50,533 nt of DNA, from assembly GCA_038240635.1 (NCBI GenBank), contig JBBRGS010000003.1:1-50533 (forward strand), written 5' to 3'. Shown here one piece after another: positions 39,248 through 48,084 of this stretch. This DNA comes from Armatimonadota bacterium. GTDB lineage: Bacteria > Armatimonadota > DTGP01 > JAHWJO01. A program made the translations under genes and the position numbers. Below the pieces are notes generated by a model. That model saw only the letters and a list, made by a program, of their open reading frames with translations. It did no database searches and had not been told where the DNA came from. The stretch's first letter is position 1. Each line of letters begins with the position of its first letter.

Positions 39248-40071
39248 GGATAGGCCCCCTTTCGGTTATCGAGATCGTCGTCAGACGGGAGAGAAGCATC
39301 GGGATTGGTGTCGCCGGAGGAGACGTCCGGCCTCGGTTCAAAAGCGATGATCGACTCGTTGAAGGTGGGGATAATGCGCCGCCCTGGAGGGATGACGAGG
39401 AATTCCTCTTCGGACCAGTCGCCGTTCACCAGGTGGTAGATGAGGCGCATGTCGCCCCGTTCCCTGCGGAAGGTCCAGCCGCGCGATTCGGCGTCCGCGC
39501 GGGCTTGGCGTTCATAGGCGTCGCTCGGCTCGATCCCCATTTCGATGAAAGTGAAGCCGGTGTAGTAGCGCGTCTGGTTGCACAGGGTTTCATACAGGAA
39601 GGCGGCGTTCTCCTCGCCGTACTTCGCCACCAGCGAGGCGTAGTCGCTGTCCATGCCGGTCGCCCTCTGGATGGAGAGCTGGCTCAGTTCGCCGAGGTCG
39701 TCGCCGCGCTCCATCCAGCCGGAAGTCTTGAAGTAGACGCCGGGGTTGTCATAGAAGTAGGTCTCGTATCGCTCCTTGCCGCCCAGGAACAGCGTGATGC
39801 AGTCGTGGGCGCGAGGCAGCACCAGCGGCGCCGACCCCGCCTGAATCCCCGCGAGGCCGTTGTTGCAAAGGCCATACCCCAGCAAAATCGCGTCGTAGTG
39901 GGTGCCCTCGTGGTCGTCCACCACATCCTGAATGCGGGAGCGCATCAGGTTCGCGCCCATATCGTGAAGGCCTTTGGGCAGGAATTCGACATCCACAATG
40001 TGCGGCGATTGCGAGACGGCATGACACATCTCACGGTAGAAGACTTCACAACTGATTAACTTGTAACGCAT
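39244..40071 (-). CDS. DUF1638-domain protein
   Basis: ISCEVF.RE, GLH, ILLGYGLCNNGL, PRAHDCITLFLG, YFKTSGW; 4-nt overlap with the next gene. Confidence 0.85.
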   Translation of the reverse strand: MRYKLISCEVFYREMCHAVSQSPHIVDVEFLPKGLHDMGANLMRSRIQDVVDDHEGTHYDAILLGYGLCNNGLAGIQAGSAPLVLPRAHDCITLFLGGKERYETYFYDNPGVYFKTSGWMERGDDLGELSQLSIQRATGMDSDYASLVAKYGEENAAFLYETLCNQTRYYTGFTFIEMGIEPSDAYERQARADAESRGWTFRRERGDMRLIYHLVNGDWSEEEFLVIPPGRRIIPTFNESIIAFEPRPDVSSGDTNPDASLPSDDDLDNRKGAYP

Positions 40072-40111
40072 TGAACTCTCGTTTCGTTGAAAAAGTAGAG
40101 TGGACACAGGC

Positions 40112-41134
40112 TTACGGCTTACGCCCTACGAAGGCGGCGGTGCGGCCCAGCAGGTCCATCTGGATGACGCCGGTGAAGCCCGCCCCCTTCATCCAGCCGA
40201 TGATCTCCCGGTCGGTCCAGGCCGATCCATGGTCGGTGTTGGCGAGCATATTCAGCGAGAAGAGGGCCGCGTGCAGCGGCGCCGTCCGGTCCTCCTCCAA
40301 CGCGAATTCGTGGATGACGAGGCGACCGCCGGGGGCGAGGGCGTCGAACGCCTTACGGATGAGCGCGGCGCACTCCTCCCGTGAATTGCTGTGCAGGACC
40401 TGCGACATGAGGGCCAGGTCGTACCCGGAGGGCAGGGGGTCGGCGTTGTAGTCGCCTGCCACGATGTCCACCCGGTCGCCGAGGCCGCGCGCGGCGATAA
40501 ACTCCCGCGCGATGGCCAGCGTGTCGGGCAGATCCAAGATCGTGGCGGAGAGCGACGGGTTGCGGTGAAGGGCGGCGTAGCAGTAGGTGCCTGGCCCGCC
40601 GCCGATGTCGAGGAAGCGGGAGACGCGGCTCACATCGATGCGGTCCATCAGCGTTTCGGCGATGGGGGTCGCGTTGTCGTGCATCCCCTCAATGAAGTGG
40701 CGCGTGCGGTCGGCGTCCGGGGACGGCTCGGCGCGAGGGCCTTCCCGACGGGGTTTGCCAGCGCGGAGGACGTGAGGCAGGTCGCCCCATGCGAGCCACA
40801 TCCCCTGACTGTGCCGCACGATGTTGCCCATGTAGCCCGGTCGGCCTGGGACGAGCGTCTCGGCGGAGAGGGGTGTGAGGCCGTAGCGGTGCGCGCGCTT
40901 CGTGAGGAGGCCCAGGGCGACTGCCGCATCAAGGAGCATGGCGGTGGCGCGCGGGTCGGTCCCCAGCAATTCCGTCACCTCCTCGGCGGTGTGATGGCCG
41001 TCCGCCAGCGCGGGAAAGACGCCGACATCGTTCGCGGTGAACAGCACGGCGGACTTCCAGAAGCCGTACATCAACTCGGAGAGGGCGGCCCGGGCGCGAC
41101 CGGCGTCTTCGGAAGGGTGAAGTTCGTTCGTCAC
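40112..41134 (-). CDS. SAM-dependent O-methyltransferase (Methyltransf_2 with N-terminal dimerisation domain)
   Basis: FLDIGGGPG, LDLP, AGDY, SQVLH, LAPGGRLVIHE; GGAGG RBS before GTG. Confidence 0.88.
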   Translation of the reverse strand: MTNELHPSEDAGRARAALSELMYGFWKSAVLFTANDVGVFPALADGHHTAEEVTELLGTDPRATAMLLDAAVALGLLTKRAHRYGLTPLSAETLVPGRPGYMGNIVRHSQGMWLAWGDLPHVLRAGKPRREGPRAEPSPDADRTRHFIEGMHDNATPIAETLMDRIDVSRVSRFLDIGGGPGTYCYAALHRNPSLSATILDLPDTLAIAREFIAARGLGDRVDIVAGDYNADPLPSGYDLALMSQVLHSNSREECAALIRKAFDALAPGGRLVIHEFALEEDRTAPLHAALFSLNMLANTDHGSAWTDREIIGWMKGAGFTGVIQMDLLGRTAAFVGRKP

Positions 41135-41176
41135 GGGTTCCTCCGTGGTATGGGGCGACAGGATGAAGGAAGATCA

Positions 41177-41330
41177 GTGATTACTCCCCTCGGTCTAAAG
41201 ACCGGGGGCTTCTACGGATTGGATACCGACAGAATCTAATCCGATTCTGAGTATGTTCAGAGCCGCGTTGTGGTCTCGATGGAGTTCAAGACCGCCACAG
41301 TCGCAGGAGCGCCACCGTTCCGAAAGGAGT
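41177..41330 (-). ncRNA. Predicted TnpB omega/reRNA scaffold overlapping the tnpB 3' end (5' boundary approximate)
   Basis: Established IS605 architecture; right-end hairpin ending in TCAC, with the guide read from the flank beyond 41177. Confidence 0.55.
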
Positions 41331-42313
41331 TTCTTCTTCCTGTGACCGCAACGCGAACAATCCTGCGAAGTGTAGGCGGGATTGACCGCTGTCATCGTCC
41401 TGCCAGCGTCTTCCGCTTTGTAGGTGAGGCAGACGAAGAACCCGCTCCATGCCGCGTCGTGGATGCTTTTAGAGAGGCAATGATTGTGAACCATCCGGTT
41501 GACACGAAGGTCTTCAACACAGATAGTTTGGTAGCGATTCACCACTTTGCGCGATTGCTGATGAATGAAGTCCCGGTGAAGGTTCGCGATGCGCTCGTGA
41601 ACCTTCGCCACTCGCCTGCGTTGTTTCGCTCGGTCTTTGGAACCCTTTTCGGCTTTGGAAAGACGACGCTGAACCTTCGCCAGAGCCTTCTCTTCCCTGC
41701 GGAAGAAGCGAGGGTTCTCAACCTGCGACCCGTCTGAAAACGTGGCGAACGATTCCAGCCCCACATCAATCCCAACGGCTTCATCAGACGGCGAAAGAGG
41801 GGTCGCTTCAGTCTCCACCGAGATGCCGGCGAACCACTTCCCAGTAGCGGTTCGCCGGATACCGCAGGTTTTGATCACGCCTTCGATGGGGCGGTGGAGC
41901 TTGATCCTGAAGTGGCCCAGCTTCGAGAGATACAGTTTGCCATCCTTGAAGCCGTAACCGCTTTGGGGGAAGCAGAAGGAGTCGTAGCGGTGGAACCCCC
42001 GGAAGCGTGGATAGCCCGGCTTCTCCCCCGCCTTTACCCTGCGAAAAAAGGCTTTGAAGGCAAGGTCAATCCGAACGGCGACATTCTGCAACACCTGAGA
42101 GTGAACGCTGGAGAGCGAAGGCCGCTCCGCTTTCAAGTCAGGCAATCGCTCGTGTCGTTCGTAGAGCGAGAGGGGCGCCCGTGTTTCTTCGTATCGGTTT
42201 TTTCGCTCTTCCAACAGGCGGTTGTAGAGCCATCGACATTCGTTCAGGGTTTCCTGAAGAAGTCGCGCCTGCTTCCTGGAGGGATAGAGCCGATACTGGA
42301 AGGCTTTACGCAT
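41195..42313 (-). CDS. tnpB: RNA-guided endonuclease TnpB
   Basis: KAFQYRLYP HTH start, KPGYPRFR, RuvC GIDVG / VEDL / RDHNAA, YTSQDCSRCG zinc ribbon. Confidence 0.96.
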   Translation of the reverse strand: MRKAFQYRLYPSRKQARLLQETLNECRWLYNRLLEERKNRYEETRAPLSLYERHERLPDLKAERPSLSSVHSQVLQNVAVRIDLAFKAFFRRVKAGEKPGYPRFRGFHRYDSFCFPQSGYGFKDGKLYLSKLGHFRIKLHRPIEGVIKTCGIRRTATGKWFAGISVETEATPLSPSDEAVGIDVGLESFATFSDGSQVENPRFFRREEKALAKVQRRLSKAEKGSKDRAKQRRRVAKVHERIANLHRDFIHQQSRKVVNRYQTICVEDLRVNRMVHNHCLSKSIHDAAWSGFFVCLTYKAEDAGRTMTAVNPAYTSQDCSRCGHRKKKLLSERWRSCDCGGLELHRDHNAALNILRIGLDSVGIQSVEAPGL

Positions 42314-42417
42314 ACTAACATCCTAGGGAAAATCTTTGGCTAAAGCCAGTAGTCGTTTCATCCACAGCCGTTAAAACGGCGTGGCTTTCACGGGCTAAAG
42401 CCCTTTTCTGTAAACGG

Positions 42418-43509
42418 TCAGGCTGCGTAGGTACACTCGCGGGCGGCGCGGCCGTATGCTTCGAGGTTCTCCGGCGGCACATGGAAGAAGTGGTCGCTGG
42501 GGGACATGATGTAGCCGCCTCCCGATCCGAACGCCTCGAACAGGTCGAAGACGTGCGCCCGAACCTCTTCCGGCGTGCCGACTTCCAGCGCCGAATTCTG
42601 GTCCAGCCCGCCAATGAGCGCCACTCGGTCGCCGATGCGCGCCTTCATCTCGGCGGGTCGGGCATCGCCCCCCATGCCTGGCGGGGTGAGGGTTTCGGAG
42701 GCGTCGCAGCCGTTCTCAACGATCAGGTCAAGGATCGGCATCATCCCCCCGCAGGTGTGATACACCGCTATGTGGCCTACGGCGTGGAGGGCGTCGTGCA
42801 TGTGGCGGTCGTAAGGCAGGCAGAACTCACGGTAGTACTTCGGGGAGATGACGGTGGAGGAGGCCGCCCCGCCGCCCGTCTCAATCAGGTCGTAGGGCGC
42901 GCCGTCCAGACTCTCCTCAATGAAGCGGGCCTTCTTCTCCCACAGCGCGCGGAGGAAGGCATGAACCCAGTCCGGGTGGTCGGCGGCCTCCATAATGAGT
43001 TCCTGCGTCCCAAAGAGGCATGTGGCGTGCTGCCAGCATCCAGCCTGGTCGCCCCACACGCCGCCGCGCAGGATTCCGTTTTCACCCAGAACCTCGCGGT
43101 CCCGGCGGATGGCATCGTGATCGAGGGCGGGGACGGGGAGGTACTTTTCAATCAGCTCCAGGTCTTCGTGCCGTTTCACCAGAGGGGTGATGTTCCAGGT
43201 GGTAACGGCGTTCTGGCCTACCATGTTCTCCAGCGTTCCGCCGGGGGTGGCCACGGTGACGTGAATCCTCCGCTCGCCTTCAGGGGTATCGAGGTTGCGG
43301 TATTCCACCCGCCAGTTCGGGTCGTTCACCGGCAGACCGTGGTAGCGGGTGATTGAAGCGTCCAGCCCGAAGCGCAGGAAAGCCTCGAGGTCGCTGATAC
43401 CGCCCAGGTGAGCGTTCAAATGGTAAGTCTGCCACTGGTGAACGGTGGCAGGGACGCGGTCGGGTGTTTCAAGGCGGAGGGCCGTCAGCAGGCGTTCGCG
43501 GGAAGTCAT
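42418..43509 (-). CDS. UroD-family putative corrinoid methyltransferase (paralogue 3)
   Basis: MTSRERLL…PDRVP, TPGG.L, ISPKYYREFCLPYD, YHTCG, ETLTPP.MGGD, LIGGLDQ, SPSDHFF. Confidence 0.88.
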   Translation of the reverse strand: MTSRERLLTALRLETPDRVPATVHQWQTYHLNAHLGGISDLEAFLRFGLDASITRYHGLPVNDPNWRVEYRNLDTPEGERRIHVTVATPGGTLENMVGQNAVTTWNITPLVKRHEDLELIEKYLPVPALDHDAIRRDREVLGENGILRGGVWGDQAGCWQHATCLFGTQELIMEAADHPDWVHAFLRALWEKKARFIEESLDGAPYDLIETGGGAASSTVISPKYYREFCLPYDRHMHDALHAVGHIAVYHTCGGMMPILDLIVENGCDASETLTPPGMGGDARPAEMKARIGDRVALIGGLDQNSALEVGTPEEVRAHVFDLFEAFGSGGGYIMSPSDHFFHVPPENLEAYGRAARECTYAA

Positions 43510-43544
43510 GGTAGGTGGGGGGAGGGCTGCGCCAGGTGGAAGAG

Positions 43545-43688
43545 GGATTCGACACGGAGAACACAGAGAGCCACGGAGAACACAGAGAGAAACCCGGAGA
43601 GACCCCGGTAAAACGAGGTGTCGAGCAAGGTCTTCAGGGAGTTCTCTGTGGCCCTCTGTGAATTCTCTGGGTCCTCCATGTCGAATCC
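43545..43688. repeat. Palindromic element built of CAC(A/G)GAG short tandem units
   Basis: Outer inverted repeat ggattcgacacggag / ctccatgtcgaatcc (14/15); direct repeat cacggagaacacagagag x2; complementary ctctgtg units on the right arm. Confidence 0.8.
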
Positions 43689-43714
43689 TCATTTGCCCTG
43701 GAACGGATGGTTGA

Positions 43715-44878
43715 TTATTTCGGGGCGGTGGGGCGGATGTTGGGCAGGCCCTTGCCCCAGACTCGCTTGATGCGGTCCAGGTAGAAGAGGTAGTTGTCGA
43801 GCGGGACGTCGGGCGGCACGCGGTGGTCGGGCGTGGGGATGAAACCGCCCTCCTCCACAAGGGGCGCGAGGCGATCCACTTCGCGGGCGATGTCGTCCTT
43901 CGACGCGGCGAGAGTCCGCTTGCTCACGCCACCGATCATCAGCAGGTCCCGGCCATACTGGCGGCGATAAGCGACCGGGTCGGCGCCCCACGTCCCCACC
44001 TCAATGGGGAACATGCAGTTGACGCCGGCCTTCAGCCACAGCGGCAGGAGCATCTTCATATCGCCGTCGCAGTCAATCACCACCACGTCCACGCCGTACC
44101 GCTTCAGCAGCGCCGTGATGCGCTCGTACTGCGGCACGAGGACCTGCTCGAAAATTTTTGGCGACAGCAGTGGCCCCGCCTTGTAGCACATGTCCTCCCA
44201 CATCGAGCAGTACTCGAATTCGATCCCGGATTCGAGCGCGGGAGTGATCGAGTCAATGATACAGGTCGCTACCGTCTCCACCATCTCCACGAAGAGCGGG
44301 CGGTCGTCAAAGAGGAGCATGGAGAGGTGTTCCACGCTCATCCAGTCCCGTATCCAGCCGTAGAGACTGCCGCCGTTGATGCTGAGGGGATAATCGCGGG
44401 CCGGGTCCTTCAGGCGGGCGACGTGGGCGTCCCAGTCTTTGGGGTAGCGGTTGGGGTCCCTGCCGTTGAGGCGCCATTTGAACTCGCGCTCCCAGCTGTC
44501 GCGGTCCTTCAGGGTGTGGTCGAGGTGCCGGGGAATGGAGCCGAGGAACTTCCCCTCCTCCTTCACGACGCCTTCGCTGTCCCGCACAATGCGCGTCTCG
44601 CCCTTGTCCTCCAGGACCTCGAAGGGAAAGCCGGGACAAAGGCCGACGTGGACCGGCGCGCCCGCCCATTGGGGGTCCATGCCGAAGAAGACGTCGGGAT
44701 TGGCGCCTTTGGGGTAGCCTTGCTCCTCCCACAGGACCAGTGTCTCTTCCCAGAAGCCGAAGTCCATGATGGGCGAGCGGTCGCGGGGCTGATAATGCAT
44801 GGTGGCGCGAAATCGTTCGCGGGCGTTCATGGACACAGGGACGCTACCGATCATCGGGTTGGGGACGGAGGAGGTCAT
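43715..44878 (-). CDS. UroD-family putative corrinoid methyltransferase (paralogue 2)
   Basis: MNARERF…DRSP, WEDMCYKAGPLLSP, IDCDG, MFPIE, IGGVSK, GGFIPTPDHRVPPDV. Confidence 0.85.
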   Translation of the reverse strand: MTSSVPNPMIGSVPVSMNARERFRATMHYQPRDRSPIMDFGFWEETLVLWEEQGYPKGANPDVFFGMDPQWAGAPVHVGLCPGFPFEVLEDKGETRIVRDSEGVVKEEGKFLGSIPRHLDHTLKDRDSWEREFKWRLNGRDPNRYPKDWDAHVARLKDPARDYPLSINGGSLYGWIRDWMSVEHLSMLLFDDRPLFVEMVETVATCIIDSITPALESGIEFEYCSMWEDMCYKAGPLLSPKIFEQVLVPQYERITALLKRYGVDVVVIDCDGDMKMLLPLWLKAGVNCMFPIEVGTWGADPVAYRRQYGRDLLMIGGVSKRTLAASKDDIAREVDRLAPLVEEGGFIPTPDHRVPPDVPLDNYLFYLDRIKRVWGKGLPNIRPTAPK

Positions 44879-45759
44879 GCCGCTCTCGCTTTCAGGGCTT
44901 CATTCAGGGAGCTGATGAATTCGGGGCCGCTGCCGCAACAGCCACCGATGAAGGTCGCGCCCGCGTCTACCAGTTCCAGCGCGGACTGCGCGAAGGCCTG
45001 GGGAGTGACGGTGTAGATGGCGGCGCCGTCCACGAGCTGGGGCAGCCCAGCGTTCGGCTTCACCCAGAGCGGCAGGGATGTCGCCTCGCGGAAGCGGCGC
45101 ACGAGCGGCGTCATCGTGTCCGGCCCAACGCCGCAGTTGAGGCCGACGGCGCTGGCTCCCGCGTCCGTGAGCGCTGTGGCGGCCTCCTCCACGCGAACGC
45201 CCATCATCGTGCGGTCTTTCTGGCGCCCCGCGTCAAAGACCATTGAGACGACGGCGGGCAGCCCGGCGTCCTGAGCGGCGCGGAGGGCGAGGGTCGCTTC
45301 CGCGAGGTCCGACATGGTTTCGATCACCACGGCGTCCACGCCACCTTCGGCGAGGCCGGCCATCTGGTCGAGGTAGGCGGTCAGCACGTCGTCCTCGGTG
45401 ACTTCCCCGGCGGCCAGCAGCTTGCCGGTCGGGCCGACGGAGGCGAAGACGGCCACCTCAGTTCCAGCGACGGCGTTGCGGGAAAGGGTCGCGCCGAGAC
45501 GGTTCACTTCGCGGGAGCGGTCGCCGAGGCCGTGGCGATCCAGCGTGATGCGACTGGCCCCGAAGGTATTGGTGAGGATCACGCGACTCCCGGCATCGAC
45601 ATACGCCCGCGCGACGGCTTCCACCTCGTCGGGATGGGTGAGGTTCCAGGCGTCGGGGCAGGCGCCGATAGGGAGGCCGCGCTGCTGGAGCTGAGTGCCC
45701 CACGCGCCATCGGTGAGGATGGGGGCCGCCGTCAGGAGGGCGTCAAACTTGTCAGGCAT
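44875..45759 (-). CDS. Stand-alone homocysteine S-methyltransferase domain (MetH Hcy-binding-like)
   Basis: LTDGAWGT, AGS..ILTNTFGA, SVGPTG, IETMSD, GLNC, PNAGLP, GGCCG (three Zn cysteines). Confidence 0.92.
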   Translation of the reverse strand: MPDKFDALLTAAPILTDGAWGTQLQQRGLPIGACPDAWNLTHPDEVEAVARAYVDAGSRVILTNTFGASRITLDRHGLGDRSREVNRLGATLSRNAVAGTEVAVFASVGPTGKLLAAGEVTEDDVLTAYLDQMAGLAEGGVDAVVIETMSDLAEATLALRAAQDAGLPAVVSMVFDAGRQKDRTMMGVRVEEAATALTDAGASAVGLNCGVGPDTMTPLVRRFREATSLPLWVKPNAGLPQLVDGAAIYTVTPQAFAQSALELVDAGATFIGGCCGSGPEFISSLNEALKARAA

Positions 45760-46988
45760 TCGGCTTCCTTCCGGATTTCAGGAGAGTAGTAGCGCCGGCA
45801 GGCGTGAAGCATCGCTTCGGTGTTCTCCAGCGGCGTGCCCGGAGCCAGGTTGTTGCCTTCGCGGAGGATAAAGCGGCCACTCTTCGCCACGCCGGTGTCC
45901 AGGATGCGGGTCACTTCGTCGGCCACCTGGGCGGGGCTGGCGGTGCGGAGCAGCTCGATATGGGGTCCGCCCTGGATCGTCACGTCCGGCCCCATGTTCT
46001 CGCGCAGGCGCCCGAAGTCCACCGGGAAGCCGGTGTCGAAGGTCTGGATGTTCAACTCATCGCGAAGGGTGGGGAAGTGGCGCGTAGCGTCGCCGCACAG
46101 GTGAATGGAGCGGGGGGCGTCGGTGGCGAAGGCGTCGTACAGGCGGCGGTGATGCGGCAGCACATGCTCGCGGTACATCGGGGTGGAGATGAGCGCGACG
46201 CTGTCGTCGGCCATGCCCCAGCCCTCCTGCGGCCAGGGGAGATGGAACCGGGTTCTCCACGCCTTCATGCGTTCAGTAGTGGCGGTGGTGATAAACTCGA
46301 ACAGGGTCGCCAGCCGTTCGGGTTCGGCGGCCATGGCGGCGCAGACGAACTCGGGGCCGAAGAGATTGCAGGCCACCGTCATGGGGCCGTCGGTCCCGAA
46401 GCCGCAACCGGGGGGATTCACATGAATGGGGCGGTCGAGGAACCGCGCGTCGTCGCTGAGTTCGAGGAATCGCTCGTGGAACTCCAGCGCCCTGGCCATG
46501 ACGGAGGCAAAGGGGTCCGGCGGGCCGTTTTCCATGACCCGCTCCGGGCAGTCGGAGAAGGCGGGGCGGGTATCGGGCACGTTGTCGGCGAGATACTCCA
46601 CCGGGCACCCGAACCACGCGGCCTCGTAATAGTTCTGGAAGTCCACGCTCGCTGTCCACCGGTCGGGCAGGCCGAGTTCGGCGTCCTGCAGCAGATTGAA
46701 GCGGCTCCAGCGCTGGAACCGGACCTGCGCCTCCAGCATCACTTCGGGGCGTTCGGAGTAGGTTTGGAAGTCCAGGCCGTTGGGATTCGCGGCGGGATTG
46801 AACATGAAGTAACGGGTGTTGACGCCCAGAATTACCGGCGGACGGAGCGGCGCGCCCTTGTGGAAGGCGTCCCAGACGGCCTGGTTTTCAGCGTTGTGAG
46901 CCACCAGGTCAGCCTCTGCGAGGCGATCCGGCGTCGGGGTCAGGGTGAGGAAAGGAGAGGCGCGAAAGAGGTCGCTGGAAGAGGGCAT
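45732..46988 (-). CDS. UroD-family putative corrinoid methyltransferase (paralogue 1)
   Basis: EAAWFG, TDGP.T.AC, ADDS.ALIS..MYRE.VLP, IHLCG, FDTGF, IQGGP, REGNNLAPGTPLEN; start uncertain (46988 or 47045). Confidence 0.8.
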   Translation of the reverse strand: MPSSSDLFRASPFLTLTPTPDRLAEADLVAHNAENQAVWDAFHKGAPLRPPVILGVNTRYFMFNPAANPNGLDFQTYSERPEVMLEAQVRFQRWSRFNLLQDAELGLPDRWTASVDFQNYYEAAWFGCPVEYLADNVPDTRPAFSDCPERVMENGPPDPFASVMARALEFHERFLELSDDARFLDRPIHVNPPGCGFGTDGPMTVACNLFGPEFVCAAMAAEPERLATLFEFITTATTERMKAWRTRFHLPWPQEGWGMADDSVALISTPMYREHVLPHHRRLYDAFATDAPRSIHLCGDATRHFPTLRDELNIQTFDTGFPVDFGRLRENMGPDVTIQGGPHIELLRTASPAQVADEVTRILDTGVAKSGRFILREGNNLAPGTPLENTEAMLHACRRYYSPEIRKEAECLTSLTPS

Positions 46989-47106
46989 GAGGAGTCTCTG
47001 GGACCCGGCGCGCTTTTCGCCGGGTTTCGCGGATGCGGAGCGCATGGGAGGACAACCGCGAAGGCGCCCTCCCCCTTCACGAACGGGGCAACACAGGCCC
47101 CCGCAG

Positions 47107-47739
47107 TTAACCCACCAACTCCCGCGCGGTGTGAACGGCGCCGCTGGCGTTGTCGCTGAAGCCATCGGCCCCGATCTCGTCAGCGTACCGCTGCGTGACG
47201 GGCGCGCCGCCGATCATCACCTTCACCTGATCGCGCAGGCCGGTTTCCTCCAGCAGATCAATCGTCTTCTTCATGCCCGGCATCGTGGTGGTGAGCAGGG
47301 CGCTGATGGCGATGACCTGCGCGCCTTTCTCCTTCACCGCCTGCACGAACTGCTCCGGACTCACGTCCACGCCGAGGTCAATCACCTCGAAGCCGCCGCC
47401 TTCGAGCATGGAAGCGACAAGGTTCTTGCCGATATCGTGAAGGTCCCCCTTGACGGTGCCGATGGCGACTTTGCCCGCCGGTTCCGCGCCACTCTCGACG
47501 AGGAGGGGACGGATCAGTTGCAGGGCGCCTTTCATGGCGCGGGCGGAGATCAGCAGCTCCGGCACGAAGTACTCGTTCGTCTCAAACAGTTTCCCGACCT
47601 CATCCATTGCGGGGATCATGGTATCGGTGAGGAGCGATTGCGGGTCCACGCCTTCCGCGAGGGCTTCCTGCGTGACGCGCTTCGCCGTGGGGGTGTCGCC
47701 TTCAAGAATGGCGGTGTAGAGGGATTTCAGGTCGGCCAT
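47107..47739 (-). CDS. Stand-alone corrinoid (B12-binding) protein
   Basis: Cap domain IPAMDEVG..F…YFVPELL; GTVKGDLHDIGKN (DxHxxG), SALLTTT, IGGAP. Confidence 0.95.
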   Translation of the reverse strand: MADLKSLYTAILEGDTPTAKRVTQEALAEGVDPQSLLTDTMIPAMDEVGKLFETNEYFVPELLISARAMKGALQLIRPLLVESGAEPAGKVAIGTVKGDLHDIGKNLVASMLEGGGFEVIDLGVDVSPEQFVQAVKEKGAQVIAISALLTTTMPGMKKTIDLLEETGLRDQVKVMIGGAPVTQRYADEIGADGFSDNASGAVHTARELVG

Positions 47740-48084
47740 GGTGAAAACCTTTCGGAGAAACCGGAACAAGCCCCCGGTTGCGAGGAAGGAGCATGCCCTG
47801 AACGGGTCCTCATGGAAGTTAGGCCCAAGCCGGACTCGCGCGCATGCTCACCAAACGATAGCGCGGTTGAACGGAAAACGGAATAGTTTTTTGATAACAA
47901 GGACGACATTGCGAGGAAGAATCTCCAGACGAGAGGTGAAAAAGGAAGCGGGTGGCCCATGGGGCCTGCTCACGCTGGCTGGCGCACGCCGATACTCGTC
48001 ATGACCCAGGACCCCTATCGCCGGGTTACGTCATGCTTTGACGAAGCGCTCTCACTTTGCATGAACGGTTAAGGAGGCCTCCAC

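Larger units (their letters stand above)
41177..42409 (-). mobile_element. tnpB-only IS200/IS605-family element (IS1341-type), 1233 bp
   Basis: Left end: TTTAC|…AAAG-CCACGCCG-TTTTAA-CGGCTGTGG; right end: GAAG-CCCCCGGTC-TTTA-GACCGAGGGG-AGTAA-TCAC|; no tnpA, no target-site duplication. Confidence 0.85.

Noticed and set aside
34566-46988. Annotation of the UroD-fold genes as hemE
   Set aside because: None shows the HemE N-terminal MRQAGR motif; they carry metal-ligand motifs and sit in a corrinoid context
47740-48084. Cobalamin or SAM riboswitch in the divergent corrinoid/RACo spacer
   Set aside because: No recognisable B12-box or S-box core on either strand; only a short gagcatgc…gcatgctc inverted repeat. 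An Rfam scan would be decisive
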